Positions 21,184-29,586 of a DNA stretch of 64,000 nt are shown here, piece by piece. Positions within the stretch are counted from its first letter, which is position 1. Each line of letters begins with the position of its first letter. The position numbers were made by a program, and so were the translations under genes. Origin of the DNA: Sphingobacteriaceae bacterium (GTDB lineage: Bacteria > Bacteroidota > Bacteroidia > B-17B0 > Aurantibacillaceae); NCBI GenBank assembly GCA_016715905.1, contig JADJXI010000004.1:19705-83704 (forward strand). Direction: 5' to 3'. The notes beneath the pieces were generated by a model. The model was not told where the DNA came from and did not search any database. It worked only from the letters and a program-made list of their open reading frames with translations.

Positions 21184-22130
21184 ATAAGTCAGAAATAATC
21201 CATAAACTGCAAACGCTAAAGTTTGATACCACCGTTCTTCAACGGTATGAAGAGAAACACAGGCACTATCACACCGTTGCTCATGTAAGTGCTGTTATTG
21301 ATTATTTGATAAAATCAAACCAATTAAATGATGAGTTATTTTTAGCCGCTGTATATCACGATGCGATTTATGATCCTAAACAAAATAATAATGAAGATTT
21401 GTCAGCTGAATTATTTAGTAAGGATGCCGAGGCCGCTAAACTAGACGAAAAAACCATTGCGAAAATTGTACAAATTATTCGTGATACTAAAACACATAAG
21501 GCATCATTTAAAGAGTCAGAAATATTTATAGAAGCTGATTTATCTATTTTTAAATCTTCTTTTGCCGACTTAATGAATTACGAACATCAGATTTTCAAAG
21601 AATTTCAGTTTGTGGATTATCGGGAGTATAAACCTAAAAGACTGGAAGTACTGCGTAAATTTAATACGGATGGAAAACTGGACTTACTTATTGAATATGT
21701 AAGTAATCGTAAACCTCTAATCGGCGTTTTTTGCGGTAGTTTTAATCCTTTTCATAAAGGACATTACAATGTGCTGGAAAAGGCTGAGCGAATTTTTGAT
21801 AAGGTAATAATTGCATTTGGTAAAAACCCGGATAAACAAGAGCGTAGATGGCCTATCCCAAAAATAATTCAATATCATCAGATGGAAGAGTATAACGGAT
21901 TGATGACTGATTTTGTGGAGACACTTGGAACAGAAGTAGTGGTAGTGAGAGGTCTCCGGAATTCAACTGATTTTCAGTACGAACAAAATCAATATCGCTA
22001 CATTCAGGAATTAATGCCCGGCATTCGTATCATTAATATTTTTTGCGATAAGGAGTTTGAACACATCAGTTCGTCCGGTATCAGAACATTAGAAAAATAC
22101 AATAAACACCATTCTTATCTGCTCGAATAA
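21180..22130 (+). CDS. Fusion protein: N-terminal HD-superfamily (COG4339-like) domain plus a C-terminal phosphopantetheine adenylyltransferase-like (CoaD-like) nucleotidyltransferase
   Basis: The N-terminal half has HRHYHTVAHV and AAVYHDAIYDP. The C-terminal ~140 aa has GSFNPFHKGH (HxGH), VVVRGLRNSTDFQYEQNQYRYIQELMPGI and ISSSGIR, which are colinear with my recollection of E. coli CoaD. An ATGA overlap joins it to the upstream M16 gene. Confidence 0.7.
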   Translation: MNKSEIIHKLQTLKFDTTVLQRYEEKHRHYHTVAHVSAVIDYLIKSNQLNDELFLAAVYHDAIYDPKQNNNEDLSAELFSKDAEAAKLDEKTIAKIVQIIRDTKTHKASFKESEIFIEADLSIFKSSFADLMNYEHQIFKEFQFVDYREYKPKRLEVLRKFNTDGKLDLLIEYVSNRKPLIGVFCGSFNPFHKGHYNVLEKAERIFDKVIIAFGKNPDKQERRWPIPKIIQYHQMEEYNGLMTDFVETLGTEVVVVRGLRNSTDFQYEQNQYRYIQELMPGIRIINIFCDKEFEHISSSGIRTLEKYNKHHSYLLE

Positions 22131-22136
22131 TTCTGT

Positions 22137-24014
22137 ATGATTCAAAAGAACTTTAATAAATTGTATTGGTTACTGGCATTTATTGTGTTTGTCATCATTT
22201 GTCTGCGCGCTTTTTTTATTCCCTTTAGTCATGATGAGGCTTCTACTTTCTTCTTTTACATTCAAAGCGATAATTTTTTACCCTATCAGGCGCACGTTTA
22301 TACCAACAATCATATTTTAAATAGTGCACTGGCCAATTTATGTTATCACATTGCAGGTTCGCATCGTTTTGTGCTGCGTTTGCCCAATGTTTTTGCTTTC
22401 GTTTTATTGGCCATCGGACTTTATCGGAACTTTAAATACATGAAAACAACGCAGGCTAAACTGGTTGTTACTGCACTTTTTTTCTTATCCATTAATTTCC
22501 TCGATTTTTTTCAATTGTGTAGGGGTTACGGAATTTCTATGGGCTTAATGCTTTTGGGTCTTTCTTACCTAATTGATTATTTCTCCGAGGTGAAATTTAA
22601 AAGTTTAGTTCTTTTTACGGTGTTTTGGCAATTGGCCCTTGCAGCTAATATGATTTTAGTGGCCGTAATTTTAGTTTTACTTTGTTATTTATTTGTTTTT
22701 CAATACAAGAAAAAAGCAGAAGATGGAAAGCGCGAAATTTTTACGCGCAGAAATATTATTCTCCAACTGATTAATTTTGGAATTTTAGTTTTCTGGATTC
22801 GTTTTTCTTTTTTCTATAAAGATAAGGGCGTGTTGGATTATGGAGTAGGGGATAGTTACTGGCTAGTAACCTTTCAATCACTGATCGAATTGGTTTTCGG
22901 TTCTAAAGATATTTGGTTTCAGGTGATTGTAGCTTCTGTTTATTTAGTTGTATTTATTTTCTTAATGATAGATATTTGGAGAGACTCCTTTTATATCCGT
23001 GATTTATTTAAACCCGATTTATTTTATTCTTTCACTTTTTTATTATTGGTAGGTGCTTTTTTCATGCAAAAGAAATTGTTGGGTGTAAATTATCCCGAAG
23101 ACCGAACCGGTTTGTTTTTCTTTTTGTTTTTTGGAATGGCATTGGCTTTCACTTTAGATAAAAGACCTTCAACCTATGGGAAAATCGCAGCTGTGACTAT
23201 TACAATTGCCAGTTTAACTTTTTTCACAATTCGATTTAATTTGAGTGATTTTAATACCTGGCTATATCATACCATGCCTAAAAACATATATGATAAATTG
23301 GTATCAGAATACGAAAAAGATTATAAATTATTTACCTTGGGAGGTCACCGTGTGCGAGAAATGAATTATGCCTTCGCCAATTACAGGGGAGAATCTGTGC
23401 TCAATGCCATGGATAATTCGGAAGAAATGCAAATGAATTGTGATTATTATTACGCGCAAAAAAGAGAAAAAGCTTTTTACGAACCCTATTACGAAGAAAT
23501 TGCAGAGGATAAACAATGGGACCGGGTTTTATTAAAGCGAAAAGAAAAAATTGAACACATTCCTATTTTTGAAACCTTTAATTCAATAACGGTATCGGGT
23601 GATGGTGAATTTTATGATTTCAAACGTTTGCCGGATACGACTTTTCAATCACATAACCCCATAGAAATTGAAGCCGAATTGTTATTTGAAGAAGTTCCTA
23701 AACCATTTAATGCTTTTTTTGTGGTGAGTTTAAATAATGGTAAAAATGAAACCGTTCATTATAAACGCTCACCTTTAAATTGGTTGGCAGATGATTTAAA
23801 TGCTAAAACAAAGTATTTCAAATTAACCACGGGTAATTTACCGGATACCGTCCGTTCATTTGTGGTTCACATCTGGAATATTGATAAACAACCTATCAGA
23901 GTCACTTTAAAAAGTTTAAAAATTTATCAGTTAAAAGGAAAAGGAGTTGATTTTAAAATTCCGGCTTCTTATTATCCTTTAATTGAAAAAATCACTAAAA
24001 AACCTTTGTTGTAA
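22137..24014 (+). CDS. Polytopic membrane protein, possibly an ArnT/PMT (GT39/GT83)-like glycosyltransferase
   Basis: About 10 predicted TM helices in the first ~400 aa. An early loop, FIPFSHDEASTFFFY, is reminiscent of the acidic DE motif of GT-C enzymes. The C-terminal domain is soluble. The CDS is confident; the function is weak. Confidence 0.45.
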   Translation: MIQKNFNKLYWLLAFIVFVIICLRAFFIPFSHDEASTFFFYIQSDNFLPYQAHVYTNNHILNSALANLCYHIAGSHRFVLRLPNVFAFVLLAIGLYRNFKYMKTTQAKLVVTALFFLSINFLDFFQLCRGYGISMGLMLLGLSYLIDYFSEVKFKSLVLFTVFWQLALAANMILVAVILVLLCYLFVFQYKKKAEDGKREIFTRRNIILQLINFGILVFWIRFSFFYKDKGVLDYGVGDSYWLVTFQSLIELVFGSKDIWFQVIVASVYLVVFIFLMIDIWRDSFYIRDLFKPDLFYSFTFLLLVGAFFMQKKLLGVNYPEDRTGLFFFLFFGMALAFTLDKRPSTYGKIAAVTITIASLTFFTIRFNLSDFNTWLYHTMPKNIYDKLVSEYEKDYKLFTLGGHRVREMNYAFANYRGESVLNAMDNSEEMQMNCDYYYAQKREKAFYEPYYEEIAEDKQWDRVLLKRKEKIEHIPIFETFNSITVSGDGEFYDFKRLPDTTFQSHNPIEIEAELLFEEVPKPFNAFFVVSLNNGKNETVHYKRSPLNWLADDLNAKTKYFKLTTGNLPDTVRSFVVHIWNIDKQPIRVTLKSLKIYQLKGKGVDFKIPASYYPLIEKITKKPLL

Positions 24015-25291
24015 TGTTAGATCGTAAATCGCCACCTGCTTTTAAAACCATTCATAAAATTGATGTCATTCAAGCACGACAGGAAAAACTGAAGAATGGA
24101 ATTCCTCTTTTCTCCGTGAAAGCAGGGAGTCAGGAAATTACACGATTGGAATTTATTTTTAAAGCGGGTATGTTTTATCAAGCAAAACCCTTGCTGGCCT
24201 CATTTACAAATTCTTTAATGGAAACCGGAACTAAAAAATATTCTGCCAATCAATTAAGCGATGGAATAGATTTTTACGGTTCTTTTCTGGAGGCCGGAGT
24301 CGGACAGGACTATGCCAATATTACTTTGTATACCTTAAATAAATATATAAAGGAGTCTTTACACTTTGTTGAGGAAATAATTAAAAATCCGGTTTTTGAT
24401 GTCAATGAATTGAAAATCCATACAACCAATAAAAAACAACGACACATTATTAATTCTGAAAAAGTAAATGTGCTGGCCCGAAGGAAATTTGCTGAATTAT
24501 TATTTGGTTCAAATCACCCTTACGGTGTGCAAGTTTCATTAAACGATTATGATGTTGTGAATCGTAACGAGGTGGTTGATTTTTATACCAATCATTATTG
24601 TCCGCCTTCTTGTACTATTATGGCTTCGGGCGGACTTAATCCGGATATAAAAGAGATTTTAAATGATTTTTTTGGAGATGATTGGTCAAATGGAAAATTA
24701 GTACAATCTGCTACATCCCATACAAATACAACAACACAACAGAAACATTATATACAAAAAGAAAATGCGGTACAAAGTGCCATACGTATAGGAAGATTAC
24801 TTTTTAATAAAACCCATCCCGATTTTTATCATATGCAGGTGCTGAATACCATTTTAGGCGGGTATTTCGGATCAAGATTAATGGCGAATATCAGAGAAGA
24901 TAAAGGATATACCTATGGAATTGGAAGCGGTATTATGTCTCTGGTGAACTCCGGATATTTTTTCATTTCCACCGAAGTGGGCGCCGATGTTACTAATGAT
25001 GCATTAAAAGAAATTTATCGAGAAATTGCTAAACTTAGAAATGAATTGGTTCCCCAAGAAGAATTAGAAACCGTAAAAAATTATATTTTGGGTCAGTTTT
25101 TAAGAAGTGTAGATGGTCCATTTGCCTTATCCGATAAATTTAAAGCCATTTGGGAATTTGGTTTAGATTATTCCTATTTCGATAACTATGTAAAAGCTAT
25201 ACATGCGGTTACCCCACAAGATCTGCAGGCACTTGCCAATAAATATTTAAAAGAAGAAGATTTAATTGAATGTGTGGTAGGGAAGAAATAA
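24014..25291 (+). CDS. M16 family peptidase, non-catalytic (beta-type) subunit
   Basis: M16 fold signatures are present (GGYFGSRLMANIREDKGYTYGIGS) but there is no HxxEH motif. A 1-nt TAATG overlap joins it to the preceding gene. Confidence 0.8.
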   Translation: MLDRKSPPAFKTIHKIDVIQARQEKLKNGIPLFSVKAGSQEITRLEFIFKAGMFYQAKPLLASFTNSLMETGTKKYSANQLSDGIDFYGSFLEAGVGQDYANITLYTLNKYIKESLHFVEEIIKNPVFDVNELKIHTTNKKQRHIINSEKVNVLARRKFAELLFGSNHPYGVQVSLNDYDVVNRNEVVDFYTNHYCPPSCTIMASGGLNPDIKEILNDFFGDDWSNGKLVQSATSHTNTTTQQKHYIQKENAVQSAIRIGRLLFNKTHPDFYHMQVLNTILGGYFGSRLMANIREDKGYTYGIGSGIMSLVNSGYFFISTEVGADVTNDALKEIYREIAKLRNELVPQEELETVKNYILGQFLRSVDGPFALSDKFKAIWEFGLDYSYFDNYVKAIHAVTPQDLQALANKYLKEEDLIECVVGKK

Positions 25292-25446
25292 GAACATAAA
25301 ATGATTAAATAATCTTTAATAGAATTGTGCATTTAAGTACAGAGTTTGTTAAAATATTATATTGGGTTCAAAACAAATTATTTTGATTTTCATTTCTAAT
25401 CCTTCTAAAATACTTTATATTTGATATACATTAAATAAATTATTTT

Positions 25447-25887
25447 ATGAGTAATTCAGTAGTTGCCAATTTATGTCCATATCTCGAAGGAGGTGTTGTT
25501 ACACAGGCCCGTGCATTTTACAATATTATATTTGATGGTTTTTATAAGTTTAATGATAATTGTAATCAGAACATCGGTGGCAAAATTACTAAATCTGAAT
25601 TACCGATAAAAGAAGAAAAAAAAATACAGGTACTGTTAAAAACCGCTTTATTTCCAAACCCTAATAACGGGAATTTCGTCATAAGCTTAAACGAAAAAGT
25701 GAAAAGCAAAATGGAAACTGTATTTATTTATGATGTTGCAGGGAAACTGGTATATGAAGATAAATTAGATACTGAAGCTTTGGATAATATGGAAGTAAGA
25801 ACCACATTAGCCAATGGCAGCTATCTTGTAAAAATCAAGTTACAAGATGGAAGTTTTGATTTACACCGCTTATTAATTACTAAATAA
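25447..25887 (+). CDS. Small ORF made of little more than a T9SS type-A C-terminal sorting domain, with no signal peptide (possible gene remnant)
   Basis: LFPNPNNGNFVISL ... VFIYDVAGKLVYE ... GSYLVKIKL is a typical ~85-aa CTD. The N-terminus MSNSVVANLCPYLEGG is not a Sec signal. A TAnnTTTG box (tatatttg, 25416-25423) lies upstream. Confidence 0.45.
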   Translation: MSNSVVANLCPYLEGGVVTQARAFYNIIFDGFYKFNDNCNQNIGGKITKSELPIKEEKKIQVLLKTALFPNPNNGNFVISLNEKVKSKMETVFIYDVAGKLVYEDKLDTEALDNMEVRTTLANGSYLVKIKLQDGSFDLHRLLITK

Positions 25888-25888
25888 A

Positions 25889-27684
25889 ATGTTTGGGTTT
25901 AAAAAAACAAAAGGAACAAACTTGTTCCTTTTGTTTTTATTTATTGGATATTTAGGGTTTACTCAAATTAACTTTGTACAGAATTCAAGTTTTGAAGAAG
26001 GACCGTGCGATGGTTGGGGTTTTATTTTAGGTAAACCTAAATATTGGGACACGCTTCGAGCGGGGGGGGGGGGTATCCGGAATATTGTACGGAATGTACG
26101 ACTTTTACTGGTATTGGTGTGCCATATAATGGTTATATGCCTTCTTTTCAGATTCCAAGATCCGGCAATAGATATTGTTTTTATACTTGGTATTTAAACC
26201 CATTTCCAACGCCTCCAAATGATCAAAGAGAGTATATTCAAAATGAATTAAGAGCCAATTTAAATGCAGGAAAAAATTACTGTGTTTCTTTTTATGTTAG
26301 TTTAGTGAATGAAAGCAAATATGCAATAACAAATTTAGGTGCTTACCTGGATGACGGAACTATTTTTACTAATCATTTTGGAACAAGTACTTTAACCCCG
26401 CAAATTAAAAGCCCGGATGGTGTGTTTATTACTGATACCTTAAATTGGGTTAAAATACAAGGCACTTTTATTGCGGATGGTACGGAAAAATATTTAACGC
26501 TTGGCAGTTTCAAGTTAAACGCAAATACCACCTTTACTCCGGTTTTTCCATCATCAACTCGCAATATTGCAGATTACTACGTAGATGATGTTTCGGTTAT
26601 TGAAGCTGATTTACCCGCTTACGCCGGTCGTGATACCGTTTTGTGCATTGGCGATAGTGTTTTTATAGGACGTACGCCGGAGATTGGCCTTGAATGCGTA
26701 TGGCACACTTCGACAAGCTCAGTGGCTATAAATAATGGAGGAGGATTTTGGGTAAAACCTGCAACTAGCCAAACCTATATTGTAACACAGGATGTTTGTG
26801 GCTTAATTAAAAAAGATACCATACAAGTACAAATAAAACCACCCTATAACGGTCCGCCCATTGGTTTAACAGCAAACAGCCCAACGGCTTGTTCTAATAC
26901 AACTCTAACATTAAACATACAAAATAACCCCCCGGTATTAAACAGCTATAATTGGTTGCCATTAGGTGTGTATACCCAAACAAACAATTTTGTTGCAAAT
27001 GCAGTGATAGCACAAAGCACAACATTCACTTTAAACATCAATAATTTGGGGCAAGATACTTTTTGTCCCTTTCAACGTACAGCAAGCGTAAGTGTTTCCG
27101 TTCCTGTGTTTACAGATTCCCCAACATTAATTTCAAACTTCAATCCCGTTTGTCCGGGTGATACCATTGTACTTTCGTATTTAAATTCTGCGCCTGGTAA
27201 TACCGTAACATATCAATGGTTACCTGCTTCTGCCTATTCTTCAACAACAAATCTTTCCGCAAAAAGCATTACGCAAATGGGAGATACTTATTCTTTAAAT
27301 ATAATGAGCAGTGGTAATGCAAGTATTTGTGCCTTTACTCGTTCCCTAAGTATTTCCATTAGTGTTGCGGATACTTGTTTTAAAGAACTGATTATTCCCA
27401 ATATTTTTACGCCTAATAATGATAATAGTAATGATGTGTGGAGTATTTATTTCCCGAGTGGAAGTGCCCTCAATTTTGTGGAAGTGTATGACCGTTGGGG
27501 CACCTTAATTTTTAAACGTGAAAATTTAAATTTTAAAAAACAAGGGTACACTAATATACATTGGGATGGCAGAAACAGCAGTGGTGAAGAAATGAGTTCC
27601 GGTGTTTATTTTTATGTGCTGAGTTATCAAAACCGTAACGGAGAACAATTAGTTAAAAAAGGGAATATTACTTTGATTCGATGA
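25889..27684 (+). pseudogene. T9SS type-B (CHU_C / gliding-motility C-terminal domain) adhesin-like gene, interrupted by a frameshift in a 12-G tract
   Basis: ORF 25889-26197 supplies the signal peptide and N-terminus (MFGFKKTKGTNLFLLFLFIGYLGF...WDTLRAGGGG). ORF 26044-27684, in another frame, continues GGGGYPEYCTEC... and ends with IPNIFTPNNDNSNDVW...VYDRWGTLIF...WDGRNSSGEEMSSGVYFYVL. The frames switch exactly at G12 (26062-26073). Confidence 0.8.
26062..26073 (+). repeat. Homopolymeric G12 tract inside a coding sequence
   Basis: Counted directly: c + 9 g (26062-26070) + 3 g (26071-26073), followed by tatcc. I saw no comparable G/C run elsewhere in this AT-rich window. Confidence 0.95.
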
Positions 27685-27689
27685 TCGCA

Positions 27690-27778
27690 TTGTCATCCTG
27701 AGTGCAGCGAAGGATCTATTTTCGGAATAGATCCTTCACTTCCCCTTCGATAAACTCAGGTTTCGTTCAGGATGACAA
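27690..27778. repeat. Nested perfect-palindrome element (REP/MITE-like or structured RNA)
   Basis: The outer 12-bp stem is ttgtcatcctga (27690-27701) with tcaggatgacaa (27767-27778). The inner 12-bp stem is gaaggatctatt (27709-27720) with aatagatccttc (27726-27737), closing the loop ttcgg. It starts 6 nt after the stop of the upstream gene and has no trailing T-run. Confidence 0.7.
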
Positions 27779-28014
27779 CACGGAATTTGCGTGAGGGATT
27801 GAGCCTTTGTTTAAGCTCTTTTTTGCTACAATGACTGGTAAGCAAAAAAAGCGAGTGGCGAAAGCCCGACCCGTAAGGGACACGCCCAAATATTTACCTT
27901 AAATAGTAACTTCCGGCGATTAATTTATTCCCTCAAAATCAAGCACTTAAAATTAAATTTCCCATCTCATTTCGGCATTTTATGCGTATTTTTGATTGAT
28001 TATTTTATAAAATT

Positions 28015-28998
28015 ATGAGGGTAATTGAATTTAGAGAAGCCTTGCGCGAAGCCATGAGTGAAGAAATGCGCCGCGATGATAAAATATTTTTAATGGGTGA
28101 AGAAGTGGCCGAATATAACGGTGCTTATAAGGTGAGTAAGGGCATGTTGGCGGAATTTGGTGCTAAACGGGTAATTGATACGCCTATTGCCGAATTGGGT
28201 TTTGCAGGCATTGCAGTGGGTGCGGCAGCTAACGGTTTGCGACCTATAGTTGAGTTTATGACTTTTAATTTTTCATTAGTAGCCATTGATCAGGTTATTA
28301 ATAGCGCTGCAAAAATGATGAGTATGAGCGGCGGTCAATATAACTGTCCCATTGTTTTTAGAGGTCCTACTGCTAGTGCCGGTATGTTAAGTTCTCAGCA
28401 CTCACAAGCTTTTGAAAATTGGTACGCAAATTGTCCGGGTTTAAAAGTAGTGGTGCCCAGCAATCCATACGATGCCAAAGGATTATTGAAAAGCGCAATT
28501 AGAGATAATGATCCGGTAATATTCATGGAAAGTGAGCAAATGTATGGCGATAAAGGTGAAGTGCCTGAGGAAGAATACATCATACCCATTGGTTTAGCGG
28601 ATGTGAAACGTGAAGGAACTGACGTTACCGTAGTTTCATTCGGAAAAATAATAAAAGTGGCGCTTGCCGCTGCTGTAGAATTAGAAAAAGAAGGAATTAG
28701 TGTAGAGGTTATTGATTTAAGATCGGTTCGTCCTATAGATTATGCAAGCGTTATTAAATCGGTAGAAAAAACAAATCGTTTAGTTATTGTGGAAGAAGCT
28801 TGGCCATTGGCCAGTATAAGCAGAGAGATTGCTTATAAAGTTCAAAAAGATGCATTTGATTATTTAGATGCCCCTATAAAAGCCGTTACTTGTGCTGATA
28901 CGCCTTTACCCTACGCGCCAACTTTAATTGAAGCCAGTTTGCCCAACGTAAGCAGAACGGTTGCTGCCATAAAAGAAGTAATGTATATCAATCACTAA
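28015..28998 (+). CDS. pdhB: Pyruvate (2-oxoacid) dehydrogenase E1 component, beta subunit
   Basis: MGEEVAEYNGAYKVSKGM, VIDTPIAELGFAGIAVGAA and PVIFMESEQMY, with a transketolase-like C-terminal domain. Length is 327 aa. No E1-alpha gene is adjacent. Confidence 0.9.
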   Translation: MRVIEFREALREAMSEEMRRDDKIFLMGEEVAEYNGAYKVSKGMLAEFGAKRVIDTPIAELGFAGIAVGAAANGLRPIVEFMTFNFSLVAIDQVINSAAKMMSMSGGQYNCPIVFRGPTASAGMLSSQHSQAFENWYANCPGLKVVVPSNPYDAKGLLKSAIRDNDPVIFMESEQMYGDKGEVPEEEYIIPIGLADVKREGTDVTVVSFGKIIKVALAAAVELEKEGISVEVIDLRSVRPIDYASVIKSVEKTNRLVIVEEAWPLASISREIAYKVQKDAFDYLDAPIKAVTCADTPLPYAPTLIEASLPNVSRTVAAIKEVMYINH

Positions 28999-29000
28999 AA

Positions 29001-29585
29001 ATGCAACTTCGTCTTCCATTGGTAAAAGCTTCTAAGCCCGAATGGATTAAAGCGGTGTTGAATAATTTTCCGGAATTTTTAATTGATCATGCTAATTGTG
29101 AGCGAAAAGCTTCGGCCTTTGCCATGAGTTTAATTGCCAAATATCCCAATAAAAAAGAAATTATTCCTCAACTTATTGAAATTGCTTTGGAAGAGCTAGA
29201 ACATTTTAGAGACGTTTATCATTTAATTGAAGAAAAAGGTTTACAAATGCCTCATGAAATTCAGGAGGACCAATATGTAAAAGAACTTTTAAAATTATGT
29301 AGAAACGGAAGAGAAGATAATTTTTTAGATCGATTATTAATTGGTTCTGTGATTGAAGCCAGAGGAGCAGAACGTTTTAAAATACTTTATGAAAATATCA
29401 ACGAAGCTGAATTAAAAAAGTTTTACCACGAACTTTGGGCCAGTGAAGCCAAGCACGGGGATGTATTTGTAAAAATGGCACTTCAATTTTATACAGAGGA
29501 AATCGTTTATAAAAGATTACAGGAGATAAATGAAGCGGAAGGAGCTATTGTTGATTCGCTTCCCATTAACGGATTAATGCACTAA
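29001..29585 (+). CDS. miaE: tRNA-(ms2io6A37)-hydroxylase MiaE (ferritin-like diiron)
   Basis: LIDHANCERKASAFAMSLI, EELEHF, IEARGAERF and SEAKHGD are the paired ExxH/E diiron motifs, colinear with my recollection of Salmonella MiaE. Confidence 0.75.
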   Translation: MQLRLPLVKASKPEWIKAVLNNFPEFLIDHANCERKASAFAMSLIAKYPNKKEIIPQLIEIALEELEHFRDVYHLIEEKGLQMPHEIQEDQYVKELLKLCRNGREDNFLDRLLIGSVIEARGAERFKILYENINEAELKKFYHELWASEAKHGDVFVKMALQFYTEEIVYKRLQEINEAEGAIVDSLPINGLMH

Positions 29586-29586
29586 T

